Shown one piece after another: positions 10,189-19,793 of a stretch of DNA of 64,000 bases (positions within the stretch are counted from its first letter, which is position 1; each line of letters begins with the position of its first letter). Made by a program: the position numbers and the translations under genes. The DNA is from Gammaproteobacteria bacterium (GTDB taxonomy: Bacteria; Pseudomonadota; Gammaproteobacteria; Pseudomonadales; Halieaceae). The stretch covers positions 7,878 through 71,877 of the forward strand of contig JAUIIQ010000001.1 of NCBI GenBank assembly GCA_030431585.1, read 5' to 3'. Under the pieces are notes generated by a model, which was not told where the DNA came from, made no database searches, and was given only the letters and a program-made list of their open reading frames with translations.

Positions 10189-13026
10189 TCAGGTAGTGAT
10201 AATCAGTCGCAGTGCCTGCAACTGCAGGCTGGCGTGGTCTATGTGCAGGGCGCACTCATCCATGCGGTAGCGCACATGTTGCAATTCTTCATCACGAATG
10301 GCCGGATTGACCTCGCGCAATGCTTCCAGGCGCGCCAGCTCAGCGCCAAGGTCTGCGCGCATGCGCTGTTTGGCCTCAGCGAGAATATCCTGTAACCGCG
10401 CTTCTGCCATCGCGTTGGCCAGGCGCATTTTGGCATCCACTTCCTTATGCACCTGTTTGATGATGGCCAGCGCGGTAGACTTTTTGACCCGTTCTACCAG
10501 CGCGTTCAGGCGTTCATGGGGGACCAGGTCAGCGAGTTGTTTGCCACGCGCATCCACCAGCAGACGCAGCGGGGAGAGTGGCAAGAACCGCTCCACCTGT
10601 AGCGCCCTGGGAGCGACACAGTTCACCGTATACAAGGCCTCGAGCAACATGGTGCCCGCCGGAACGCCCTTTAATTTGATGGTGCCAATTGCGGCGTTGC
10701 CCAACTCGGTGGAGAGCACCATGTCCATTGCCTCAAGGATCATCGGGTGCTCCCAGGTGATGAACTCCATGTCCTCCCGTGCCAGCCCTTTTTCCCGGCT
10801 GAAGGTCACGGTGGTGCCTTCTTCATCTACTCCGGGGAAGTGACCAGTGAGCATGTGTTCCGAAGGCCGTAAGATCAGGGTGTGTTCCGAGTGAAATTCC
10901 TGGTCAACGCCGAAGGCTTCGCACAAGGCTTCCAGATACTGCTCCAGTATGTCCCCGCTCTCCAGTGTCAGGATTTCGTTGATCAGTTGATCGGCGATAT
11001 CGCGCTTGCAGGAGTTGCGTTCCAGCAAACGATCGCGTCCTTCGCGCAGCTCCTTGCGCGTACGCAAGGTGAATTCTGCGGAGTCTGTCAACAACTCTTC
11101 AAACGCGGGGCTGCGGCGTTCCAGTTCGGGCAACAGCCGGTCACGGAAAGTCTGGAATATCATGTAGCCCGCTGAGCAGGAATCCTGAAATAGATCCAGG
11201 CCGCGGTCGTACCAGTCCAGCAGGGTATGTTGCGCGCTGTGTTCCAGGTAGGGGACGTGAATCTGTACATCTTGCTGCTGGCCAATGCGATCGAGGCGGC
11301 CTATGCGTTGCTCCAGCAGGTCCGGGTTCAGCGGGAGGTCAAAAAGAATCAGATGGTGAGCGAATTGAAAGTTGCGCCCCTCACTGCCGATCTCGGAACA
11401 GACCAGGGTCTGCGCGCCTCCATTTTCGTCGGCAAAATAAGCCGCAGCCCGATCACGCTCCATGATTGACAGGCCCTCGTAAAACGCTGCGGAGCGAATG
11501 CCGGCGCGCATTTGCAGGTGGTGCTCCAGGGCGACTGCCGTGTCGGCATGGGCACAAATGACCAGTACCTTTTCCGGGCGCAATGCCTTCAGGGTGCTTT
11601 CCAGCCACGATACCCTCGGGTCAAAGTCCAGCCAGCTATCGTCTATGTACGGCAGCTCAGGGTGCAACGATGTTTCCAGGTCCATGCTGGCGTGCGCGTA
11701 TTCTTCCGGTTGGGCCAGCGCGTATCGATGCATGGCACGCTTGGGAAAACCTTCCACTGCCGCACGCGTATTGCGAAACAGCACCCGGCCTGTGCCGTGC
11801 CTGTCCAGTAATTGTTCTATCAATTGTGCCGGCTTTTCACTGCGATCCAGATCTGCGGGCAGGTCGTCGGGTATCTTACCCTGCTCCAACGCATCGGCCA
11901 TTTCACTCAGGCGACGATACTGTTGCTCCTCCTCGCTAAAGGTAGCGAGATCATGAAAGCGCGACGGGTCCAGTAAGCGCAGGCGTGCAAAATGACTTGC
12001 CTGGCCGATCTGTTCGGGGGTTGCCGTGAGCAGTAGCAGGCCCGCGCTGTGCGCTGCTAATTTTTCAACGAATCGATAGTCCTCGCCGGCCGTATCCACG
12101 GTGGCCGTATCCACGTCGGCCGTATCCACGTCGGCCGTATCCACGTCGGCCGTATCCACGGTGGTCGCATCCCCTGACCACTGCAGGTGGTGCGCCTCGT
12201 CCACCACCACCAGATCCCATGGGGCATCCAGCGCGAGAGCCTGCAGTGCGCTGTTGTCGGCAAACAGGTCCAGGCTGCAGAGCACAAGTTGCTCCGCTTC
12301 AAAAGGGTTGCCTTCGTCCATGCCCGCCAGACGCTCGGCGTCGAACAGGGAAAATCGCAGGTTGAAGCGGCGCAGCATCTCCACCAGCCATTGGTGCAGT
12401 AGCGACGGTGGCACCAGCACCAGCGTTCGGCTCGCTCGCCCGGTAAGCAACTGCTGATGGATGATCATGCCTGCTTCTATGGTTTTACCCAGACCGACCT
12501 CATCCGCCAGCAGCACCCGTGGCGCGTGCCGCTGTCCCACTTCGTTGGCAATATACAACTGGTGATGCAGCAGGGTGGTGCGCGAACCCATCAGGCCGCG
12601 GGCGGGACTGCCCTGCAGGCGGTCCGTATGTTGCAGTGTGGCCACGCGTAGCGCGAAGTCGGCGTTTTTGTCGAAGTGTCCATTCAGCAGCCGCTGCTGC
12701 GGCGTGGTCAACTGCACGAAGGCGTCAAGTTCGAGTTCAGATACCGTCAGCTGCTGCTCGTGGTGATCCACGCCGGTGTACATCAGCAGGCCATGGTGCT
12801 CGTCTACTGAGCCGACGATCAGCTCTACCCCGTCTACAGTGCTGATGTGATCGCCTTCCTTGAAGCGCAGACGGGTGAGTGGCGCATTGTCACTGGCGTA
12901 AGTGCGCTCCTCGCCGACAGCGGGGAAGCTCAGGGTGATGCGTCGGGGCTCAACATCTACCACCACTCCCAGGCCCAGTTGTGCGTCTGCGTGGCTCACC
13001 CAGCGCTGGCCTATGAGGTATTCCAT
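10189..13026 (-). CDS. rapA: RNA polymerase-associated SWI/SNF2 ATPase RapA
   Basis: GQRWVS N-terminus, LADEVGLGKT, DEAHH, LLLTATPEQ, GSEGRNFQF, EQRIGRLDRIGQ. Confidence 0.97.
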   Translation of the reverse strand: MEYLIGQRWVSHADAQLGLGVVVDVEPRRITLSFPAVGEERTYASDNAPLTRLRFKEGDHISTVDGVELIVGSVDEHHGLLMYTGVDHHEQQLTVSELELDAFVQLTTPQQRLLNGHFDKNADFALRVATLQHTDRLQGSPARGLMGSRTTLLHHQLYIANEVGQRHAPRVLLADEVGLGKTIEAGMIIHQQLLTGRASRTLVLVPPSLLHQWLVEMLRRFNLRFSLFDAERLAGMDEGNPFEAEQLVLCSLDLFADNSALQALALDAPWDLVVVDEAHHLQWSGDATTVDTADVDTADVDTADVDTATVDTAGEDYRFVEKLAAHSAGLLLLTATPEQIGQASHFARLRLLDPSRFHDLATFSEEEQQYRRLSEMADALEQGKIPDDLPADLDRSEKPAQLIEQLLDRHGTGRVLFRNTRAAVEGFPKRAMHRYALAQPEEYAHASMDLETSLHPELPYIDDSWLDFDPRVSWLESTLKALRPEKVLVICAHADTAVALEHHLQMRAGIRSAAFYEGLSIMERDRAAAYFADENGGAQTLVCSEIGSEGRNFQFAHHLILFDLPLNPDLLEQRIGRLDRIGQQQDVQIHVPYLEHSAQHTLLDWYDRGLDLFQDSCSAGYMIFQTFRDRLLPELERRSPAFEELLTDSAEFTLRTRKELREGRDRLLERNSCKRDIADQLINEILTLESGDILEQYLEALCEAFGVDQEFHSEHTLILRPSEHMLTGHFPGVDEEGTTVTFSREKGLAREDMEFITWEHPMILEAMDMVLSTELGNAAIGTIKLKGVPAGTMLLEALYTVNCVAPRALQVERFLPLSPLRLLVDARGKQLADLVPHERLNALVERVKKSTALAIIKQVHKEVDAKMRLANAMAEARLQDILAEAKQRMRADLGAELARLEALREVNPAIRDEELQHVRYRMDECALHIDHASLQLQALRLIITT
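12088..12162. repeat. In-frame 15-bp tandem repeat x5 inside rapA (encodes VDTA[D/T])
   Basis: GGCCGTATCCACG(GT/TC) units at 12088, 12103, 12118, 12133, 12148. Confidence 0.97.
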
Positions 13027-13838
13027 CAGGCGTTCCCGAAAAATAATTGGTGACTGTTACGGTAAACCTGTTGCAGCAGTTCTTCTACATCCAGTTGCAT
13101 GGTGTCAGCGACCTGTTCAGCGATGAAGGGTAGATAGAAAGGCGCGTTGGGTCTGCCACGATACGGCACCGGGGTAAGGTAGGGAGCGTCCGTTTCCAGC
13201 AGAGCCTGTTCAGGCGGCGTCGCAGCGATCACGTCGCGTACATTGTCTGCGCGGTTGAACGTGGCTATACCGTTGAAACCGAGCATAAAGCCCTCGGCGA
13301 GGCAGAATTGTGCCAGCGCCATACCTGAGGTGAAACTGTGAATGACTCCCTTGCGCGATAGTTGCCCGGAGAAGTTGGCCAGTATGGCGCGCGTATCGTC
13401 ATCCGCCTCACGCGTGTGGATCACCACAGGTAGTTGCATGTCAGCTGCTATCTGCAACTGTTGCTCAAACACGTGGCGTTGCACTGCACGGTCAGCGTGG
13501 TCGTAGAAGTAGTCCAGGCCAATCTCGCCGACCGCCAGCAGACGGCTGTCATCCAGTGCCCCGCGGATGCGTGAGTCTACGTCTTCATTATAGTGCTCGG
13601 CCTCGTGTGGATGTATGCCTTGCGTGCCCCATACCGAGGCGTGGCGATTGGCCAGTTCTCGTACCGTGTCCAGATTGCCGGGAGAGACTGCGATGGTGAT
13701 GATCTTCTCAACCCCTACCTCAGACGATTTTGTCAGTGCCGCATCCAGCTCTTCCCCGTCCAGGTAATCGAGGTGGCAATGGGTTTCAACAATGGGTGTC
13801 CTGAAACGCGGTATTTCGCGCCGTTTTTTCTTGCTCAT
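13026..13838 (-). CDS. TatD family deoxyribonuclease
   Basis: ETHCHLD, GIHPH, VGEIGLDY, IHTREA, LLETDAPYLTP; start placed at MSKKK (13838). Confidence 0.92.
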   Translation of the reverse strand: MSKKKRREIPRFRTPIVETHCHLDYLDGEELDAALTKSSEVGVEKIITIAVSPGNLDTVRELANRHASVWGTQGIHPHEAEHYNEDVDSRIRGALDDSRLLAVGEIGLDYFYDHADRAVQRHVFEQQLQIAADMQLPVVIHTREADDDTRAILANFSGQLSRKGVIHSFTSGMALAQFCLAEGFMLGFNGIATFNRADNVRDVIAATPPEQALLETDAPYLTPVPYRGRPNAPFYLPFIAEQVADTMQLDVEELLQQVYRNSHQLFFGNA

Positions 13839-13858
13839 GAGGCTTGAACTGTCCTCGT

Positions 13859-14830
13859 TTAACGTCTTGCGGTAACGCGCTGGCGCAGTTTTCTCGGCTG
13901 CGTCGGGCGCAGCTCGCGGATGGTACAGGTGATCTGCTCCCATAGCCAGTTGTGCAGCGGCGAGTTTTCCGTGCGCTGGTGTGCAACCAGTACATAGTCG
14001 AGGCTGGCATTTTCTTCTCCCGGCAGGGGAAGGGCTGTAATCCCCCTGCTGATGGCTTCGTTTTGCGCCAGATAGCCCGGAGCGGGCATGTAATAGTTGG
14101 TATTTCGCAGCACTTCCATGGCTGTCATCAAGTGAGATATTTCCAGAGACCCTTGCCCCGGGAAGCGGGTTTGGGTGAAGAACTTTGACACATCTCCGGC
14201 CTCCATCTGCTCCCTGTCGGATACGTATAATCGAATGACCGGGTAGTCAGCGAGCATTGCTTGATCAGCGGGTTTGCCGCACAGGGGGTGGCCCTTGCGC
14301 ACCAGCAGCGCCGGCGGGCCGCCACCGAGTTCCTGAATGCGAAAGGCCGTGCCATAGCCGGCCTGTTTGATGTGGATTGCGAAATCCAGTTTTCCCAGTG
14401 CCAGTTGCTCAAGCTGGTTCTCAACGCGGGTGATGATGCGCAAGTTGAGATGCGGGGCGCGGGATTGCAGGCGCTCGGCGAGCGTGGGGAGCAAGGTCAG
14501 GCCAATAGACTCGGATAATGCGATGGTGACATCACTGTCTGACTGAGAGGCGTCGAACTGGTCACCGGCAACCAGGCGCGTAATATCGCCCAGTATAGTG
14601 GCCAGCCCGGCCGACAGTTCCAGTGCCCGTGGCGTGGGCTGCATGCCGTGACTTGTGCGCGTGAAAAGCGGGTCAGCAAAGAGGTCCCGCAAGCGCGAAA
14701 GGGTTTTACTCATTGCCGGCTGAGTAATGAAAAGACGCTCAGCTGCTCGTGATACGTTTTTCTCCTCCAATAAAACCTGCAGAGAAATCAATAAGTTAAG
14801 GTCTATTCTCGTTAATTCCTGACTATTCAT
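13859..14830 (-). CDS. LysR family transcriptional regulator (DLNLL subgroup)
   Basis: IDLNLL...NVSRAAERLFITQPAMSKTLSRLR HTH; start placed at MNSQEL (14830). Confidence 0.93.
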   Translation of the reverse strand: MNSQELTRIDLNLLISLQVLLEEKNVSRAAERLFITQPAMSKTLSRLRDLFADPLFTRTSHGMQPTPRALELSAGLATILGDITRLVAGDQFDASQSDSDVTIALSESIGLTLLPTLAERLQSRAPHLNLRIITRVENQLEQLALGKLDFAIHIKQAGYGTAFRIQELGGGPPALLVRKGHPLCGKPADQAMLADYPVIRLYVSDREQMEAGDVSKFFTQTRFPGQGSLEISHLMTAMEVLRNTNYYMPAPGYLAQNEAISRGITALPLPGEENASLDYVLVAHQRTENSPLHNWLWEQITCTIRELRPTQPRKLRQRVTARR

Positions 14831-15006
14831 AGCTCTGATATGAACCTGATTCATGTGCAGCATAATATAAATACATTACATCTATATCATAGGCTGGCAT
14901 AGGATGATTGCAACTCGCAACATGAGCCTCGCACAGCGTGGCTGGCAGCGTCCCGTCAGGAGGTTGCCGATGACATCTCATCCAGGTCCAACAGAGTTAT
15001 TTTTCG

Positions 15007-15031
15007 AACCCGCCGCAAGGCGGGTTTTTTT
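15007..15031 (+). terminator. Rho-independent terminator oriented for a + strand transcript
   Basis: AACCCGCC-GCAA-GGCGGGTT hairpin followed by a T-run on the + strand only. Confidence 0.8.
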
Positions 15032-16803
15032 CAGGCGAGTTTTGGCTTCACCCCAGCGCGACGAGCCGCAGCGGATTTACGCCTGGTGGGCGCTTTCCTG
15101 GTGGCCGTCTTCTTCGCGGAGGCTGGTTTTTTCGCGGCTGCGGCCTTCTTCTTTGCCGGCAATTTCTTTTTTGCCGCGGCCTTTTTCTTCACAGGGGTAC
15201 TCTTGCTCCCCGCGGCCTGCTTACTGGCAGTCTTAGTCTTTTTCGCTGGCGTGCTTGTTTTGGTCTTTTTGCGGGCAGTGGCCTTGCGCTTCGCTTTTGG
15301 CTGCGCCTGGGCTACGGCTGCGCGCTTGCGTCGGCTGGCGTCCACCTTGGCCTTGGCTTTCACGGCTTTGCTGGTGGGCAGGGAATCACTGACCGCCGCA
15401 TACAGCTCCTCGTAAGAAGCGACCAGGCAGTCATGGTAAAATTCCGGGTCGGACATAATCGTGCGGTCACCCAATACGGTAAGGGTGAGCTTGCCAGCGT
15501 AGCTGAATGCTGCGTGGAACAAACCCATGCCGGGCGTAAGCACCCCCAGGCCATAGTAGTCGACCATTTTTGCGCCGGCACAGTAGAGGGGGAAGTCAGG
15601 CCCGGCAACATTGGTCACTACCGTGGAAATGTTTACCGGCAGGTATTTCGACAGTTCATTGCGCGACCAGACCCCCGCAACTGTGCGCGTGATCGCGGGT
15701 GAGAACACACCGGCCAGCTTCAACACGTCTACCAGAGGGCTGTGTTCGCCACTTTCCTTGGCCTCTGCCATCGACTGGTGGATAGCCCGCAACCGCTCTA
15801 GAGGGTCTTCGACATCGGTATGTAGAGAGGTATAAACACTGCCTACCTGGTTGTTGTCATCGGTGGTGTCGCGCCGGGTGCGCATGTTCAGCGGAATGCC
15901 TGCAGCGAGCGAGCCCTCCTCGGGGTTTTCGCCCTTGGCTTGCAGGTAGCGCTTGAGTGCGCCGCCCACCACCGCCAGCGCGACGTCGTTGATGGTCGTG
16001 TCGGTGGCATTCTTGATGTCTTTGAACCCCGCCAGCGGGAATTCTGTTGCATCCACTACCCGGTGGGGTCCCACCGGTTTGTTGAGTATGGTTTTGGGCG
16101 CGGAAATATCGGGTGCAGGAATGTCCTTGCGCGCCACATCGAAGGCGTAGCGTCCCAGCTCCAGCGTATTCCTGACCGTGCCACGCAGTAAACCCAGCGT
16201 GTTCTTTGCTGAATTGACGGTCGCTTTACTGAGCAGTTCGGTGACGCTGGGCTCGACGTCGACCAGTCTGGGCTCCTCTGCCACATCCGCTTCAGGGGGA
16301 GGGTTGGCGACCAGATCGTGTATCAGCGCCATGAATGAAGAACCGCCAGCGCCGTCTACCAGCGAGTGGTGCATCTTGGTGTAAATTGCGAAACAGTTCC
16401 TGGGCAGGTTGGGAATGTTGTCCAGGCCCTCAATGATGTAGGCCTCCCAAAGGGGGCGTGACATATCCAGCGGGCGCGAGTGCAGGCGTGCCACCTGAAT
16501 ACACAGTTGGCGCCAGTCCCCGGGCTCCGGAAGTGCGATATGGCGCAAGTGGAACTCCACATCGAAGTTGGCATCCTTTACCCAGTAGGGGCGATCGACG
16601 CCTCCGGGTACCTCCACCAGGCGAGTGCGAAAAAGAGGCTGTTTGTTCAAGCGCCGCTCGAAGCTGGAGATGACATCCTTGAAACGCACGAACCCGCCAG
16701 GCGCAGTGGAGGGGTCATAGATGCCCAGCCCGCCAACGTGCTGAGGCGTGTTGCTCTGCTCCAGATTGATGAAGGCTGCGTCGAGAATTCCGAGTTGTTT
16801 CAT
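15031..16803 (-). CDS. Wax ester synthase/diacylglycerol acyltransferase (WS/DGAT) with Lys/Ala-rich C-terminal tail
   Basis: Catalytic HHSLVDG, PLDMSRPLWE, TINDV, TNVAGP; tail such as KKKAAAKKKLPAKKKAAAAKKPA. Confidence 0.93.
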   Translation of the reverse strand: MKQLGILDAAFINLEQSNTPQHVGGLGIYDPSTAPGGFVRFKDVISSFERRLNKQPLFRTRLVEVPGGVDRPYWVKDANFDVEFHLRHIALPEPGDWRQLCIQVARLHSRPLDMSRPLWEAYIIEGLDNIPNLPRNCFAIYTKMHHSLVDGAGGSSFMALIHDLVANPPPEADVAEEPRLVDVEPSVTELLSKATVNSAKNTLGLLRGTVRNTLELGRYAFDVARKDIPAPDISAPKTILNKPVGPHRVVDATEFPLAGFKDIKNATDTTINDVALAVVGGALKRYLQAKGENPEEGSLAAGIPLNMRTRRDTTDDNNQVGSVYTSLHTDVEDPLERLRAIHQSMAEAKESGEHSPLVDVLKLAGVFSPAITRTVAGVWSRNELSKYLPVNISTVVTNVAGPDFPLYCAGAKMVDYYGLGVLTPGMGLFHAAFSYAGKLTLTVLGDRTIMSDPEFYHDCLVASYEELYAAVSDSLPTSKAVKAKAKVDASRRKRAAVAQAQPKAKRKATARKKTKTSTPAKKTKTASKQAAGSKSTPVKKKAAAKKKLPAKKKAAAAKKPASAKKTATRKAPTRRKSAAARRAGVKPKLA

Positions 16804-17039
16804 GGCATATTTCCGTGCCCGAAGGCCGTGTTGCACAGGGCTGAAAAAGAGGCGCCGTTATATCATTGTTGCCGCTTTCGCGCCATAAAGTTGGTTAATT
16901 ATTGTTCGCCCATGCTGAATAGTTGGTCATCGCCGATTCGCTTCGAGGTGGCACCATGACCACCCCTTTCCCACGCAGAGGGCTTGTTACTGCCGCACTG
17001 CGAGCACGTCAGGGCTTGCTGGCAAACAGGAGGGCTATC

Positions 17040-17660
17040 TCAGGCGTTGTGTATCACCATGATGGCCCCGGACGCCTCGATAGAGCCGCGAGTGCGCCAC
17101 TCCACTACCTCGGCGCAGTGTTTGTCTGCGCAGCGTTCAGCAACTTCAAAAAAGGGAGAGCGCTCCGGGTCGGCAATGAGGATCTGTTTCACTCCTGCCT
17201 TTACGGCTCGATTGACCATGTTGGTTACCGGCTTGACCAGGTCGTCCCAGAAGCAGATATCGGCGGCGATCAGCATGTCGTACTTTGCCAGCTGTTTTGT
17301 AGTCAGCTTCTCGAAACGCGATACCAGGTGTTGCGTTTCGACGCCGTTGATGTCGGCCGTGGCTTGCAGGAAGGGAAACACGTCAGGGTCCGCATCGACT
17401 GAAGTCACCGAGGCACCGAAATTTTTCGCGCACCAGATACCTGCTATGCCCCAGCCGCAGCCCACGTCGATAACCGACCGGAAATGCTCCGGCGGATTAT
17501 TCTTCAGGTAGTCGATGAGCAGGCAACTGGACTTCCACAGTTTATTGCCGTGTATTGACGGTTCGATACCCTGGCGTTTGATCCTGCGGATAGCTGGATG
17601 TGAGCCGGTGGGCATTCTGGCGCCACGAAAGCGGCGTTCGGTGCGTTGTTGCTTGGCCAA
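17040..17660 (-). CDS. Class I SAM-dependent methyltransferase (Methyltransf_16/METTL21-like)
   Basis: HGNKLW, VIDVGCGWG, LIAADICF motifs; TTG start preceded by AGGAG. Confidence 0.8.
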   Translation of the reverse strand: MAKQQRTERRFRGARMPTGSHPAIRRIKRQGIEPSIHGNKLWKSSCLLIDYLKNNPPEHFRSVIDVGCGWGIAGIWCAKNFGASVTSVDADPDVFPFLQATADINGVETQHLVSRFEKLTTKQLAKYDMLIAADICFWDDLVKPVTNMVNRAVKAGVKQILIADPERSPFFEVAERCADKHCAEVVEWRTRGSIEASGAIMVIHNA

Positions 17661-17662
17661 GT

Positions 17663-19690
17663 TTACTCCTTATTGGCGTTGATCCAGATCGGTGAAGTCC
17701 ACGCCCGCTCCTGCAGTGTGGGTGAATAAAACGGTTGAGTTGCCGGGTCCAGGCAACAGCGGCCGAACACGTCGCCGATGGCGCCCTGATCCTGTAATAG
17801 AGCGGTCTGCGCTGCAGCCTGCTCAGCGCAATCGCTGGCAAACGGATTTACGCCGCTCGCCTGGCACTGCAGAGTGCTCCAGCGACAGGACGGGTTTTCC
17901 AACACGCGCACATAGTAAAACGCGGACTCGTGGGGATTGTACTGTGGATCACGCCACACCGTGCAGAGATTTTTATAGCCGGTGCCAGTGGGTATGCAGG
18001 TTTGTGGGTCTACGCCGGCGCCGTTATCAGCGGAGCCGGCGACATCGTAGACTGTTTCATGCGTGTCGCCACCGGCGTCCAGCCAGCCCTTGATCACCTG
18101 CACTCGTTGCAGGTCCAGTCCGGGAGAACCCGGCACCCCGGGGTCTTTGGTGGCGCTGACCAAAAACGCCGGAGACTGTGCCGTAGCGGTCAGCTCGCCG
18201 CCCATGGGGACACCGGAGGCGTAGGCTTTCGCCGCCATATCCGGGTCTTCGCATAGCCCGGGGTCCAGATCCCGGCCCGCAAAAAAACGCACGATGGGGC
18301 GTGTGCCACTGGTGGCGTATGCCTCGCGGCGACGCATTCCCTCGAAAATGGCATCGCGCGAGTTTTCCTCTGCCCACACCACTGCCAGGCCACCGGGATT
18401 GTCGAAAAAGTGGTCCTGTACGTTGCGGTATGCGGCGTCCCGGCGCCCCAGGTGCCCTTTGTAGTTGTCCTCCTCGGCTCCGCCCGGTGATGCGCTGTGG
18501 GTGTCTGTACTGCCTATAAAACCCAATTTGAACGGGTTGATGCCCCTTTCTCGCTGCAGCGACAGCCCGTCCTTGAGCACGTTGCGAATCATGTTGCGAC
18601 GACCGAAGTCATCGAGGGCCACGGGACGCGCCTCGTCGGTGCGTACCTTGCCATGAATTGTGCCCAGCATCGCCAGGTTGTCGGCCGCTACCTGTTCAAA
18701 GTCACAGAGCTCGTCTTCTGTGTCCAGTCCGCGTCCAGCCAGCCTGTCATAGCGACATTCACTGGCTGCCTTATGCTGGACCAGTTCTACCAGAGGCTCA
18801 AAAAAGGATCTTTCCCTTGCTTCCTGCTCAGTCGCCGGGTCGGGAAACATCAGTCCCCGGCTGAGATTGGAATTATGTGGTATGGCCATCACGTCACACC
18901 CGGGAATCCCCTCGATACACTGCTGGCGTAGCTGGCGCCAAAGTTCCGGTACATTCCTTGAGCCGGTGTCGTAGGTGGAAATAGCCGCGTCGGTGACCTG
19001 CTGGTTGCGAAAAATAACGTTGCGATGCAGGTTGGCATAGTTGGGTGTGTCGGTGTATTCGTAGCCGATGAAGGTCGTAAAACTGCACTCCCCGCTGCGA
19101 TCATAGTGTGCTTCGGCGGCATCCTGAATACCCTGCCATGCCTCGCGGTGAGCCACACCGCAGTCACCGAGCTTGCAGACCATGGATTCGCCCTTGGTAT
19201 CGCTGCCATCAACCAGCCCGACCCGGGTCCAGTACTGGGCCGCCAGCAGTTGCGCAATGTACCAGTCGCTGCGCCCGGCAATGCACACCGGGAGCCAGTA
19301 AGCCAGCTTTGAAGAGTCCTGTGTGCACAGGTTGATGGGCCCGAGGAACTCCGCGTGATCGGTGACCGCAGTGAAATCCAGCGGCCGCTGAATACGGGCT
19401 TTCAAGGTCTGCTCACCGTCTGCGTCAGGCAGGATGATGGCCTCGCCTTGAGCGTAGCGGTAGGCGGCAGACGGGTCATTGCGCTGGCTGGATACATAAC
19501 TGTCGAAGGAATAGCTGGTATGTACATGCAGGTCGCCGAACATGGGCCTGCGGGTGGGGCTGGAATCCGCACAGGGTTCGCGAATCTCGGTGCGTTCAAA
19601 TGCCAGGCTGGGGCCAGCGCTGATGGTCGCCAGCCAAAGTGCCACTGTCATGGTCTTTATAAATTTGCTTTTCATAAACTGAGATTTCAT
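17663..19690 (-). CDS. Secreted DUF3604-domain protein, Cys-rich paralog
   Basis: FGDLHVHTSYS, TDHAE, PHNSN, GSTDTH, REAYATSG, LQERAWTSPIW. Confidence 0.85.
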   Translation of the reverse strand: MKSQFMKSKFIKTMTVALWLATISAGPSLAFERTEIREPCADSSPTRRPMFGDLHVHTSYSFDSYVSSQRNDPSAAYRYAQGEAIILPDADGEQTLKARIQRPLDFTAVTDHAEFLGPINLCTQDSSKLAYWLPVCIAGRSDWYIAQLLAAQYWTRVGLVDGSDTKGESMVCKLGDCGVAHREAWQGIQDAAEAHYDRSGECSFTTFIGYEYTDTPNYANLHRNVIFRNQQVTDAAISTYDTGSRNVPELWRQLRQQCIEGIPGCDVMAIPHNSNLSRGLMFPDPATEQEARERSFFEPLVELVQHKAASECRYDRLAGRGLDTEDELCDFEQVAADNLAMLGTIHGKVRTDEARPVALDDFGRRNMIRNVLKDGLSLQRERGINPFKLGFIGSTDTHSASPGGAEEDNYKGHLGRRDAAYRNVQDHFFDNPGGLAVVWAEENSRDAIFEGMRRREAYATSGTRPIVRFFAGRDLDPGLCEDPDMAAKAYASGVPMGGELTATAQSPAFLVSATKDPGVPGSPGLDLQRVQVIKGWLDAGGDTHETVYDVAGSADNGAGVDPQTCIPTGTGYKNLCTVWRDPQYNPHESAFYYVRVLENPSCRWSTLQCQASGVNPFASDCAEQAAAQTALLQDQGAIGDVFGRCCLDPATQPFYSPTLQERAWTSPIWINANKE

Positions 19691-19779
19691 AAGTTGGTGA
19701 TCTATTTGGATAACATCTTAGCCCATGCGGCGGTGATTAACTTCGCTGGCCTGAAAAGTGGTCGGTTCAGTACTCGTTG

Positions 19780-19793
19780 TTGACCTCGGTCAA
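19780..19793. promoter_or_regulatory. Palindromic operator candidate TTGAC-N4-GTCAA
   Basis: TTGACCTCGGTCAA in the divergent intergenic region between DUF3604 and the YCF48 operon. Confidence 0.4.

Noticed and set aside
12088-12162. Direct repeats as a possible CRISPR array
   Set aside because: 15-bp units abut with no unique spacers, lie in frame within rapA, and no cas genes are present.
14880-15031. Identification of the candidate sRNA as RsmY/CsrB-type
   Set aside because: Only two GGA motifs are visible, too few to support that family.
14904-15236. 110-aa + strand ORF as the LysR target
   Set aside because: It runs through the + strand terminator and into the antisense of the low-complexity WS/DGAT tail, and the translation is not protein-like.
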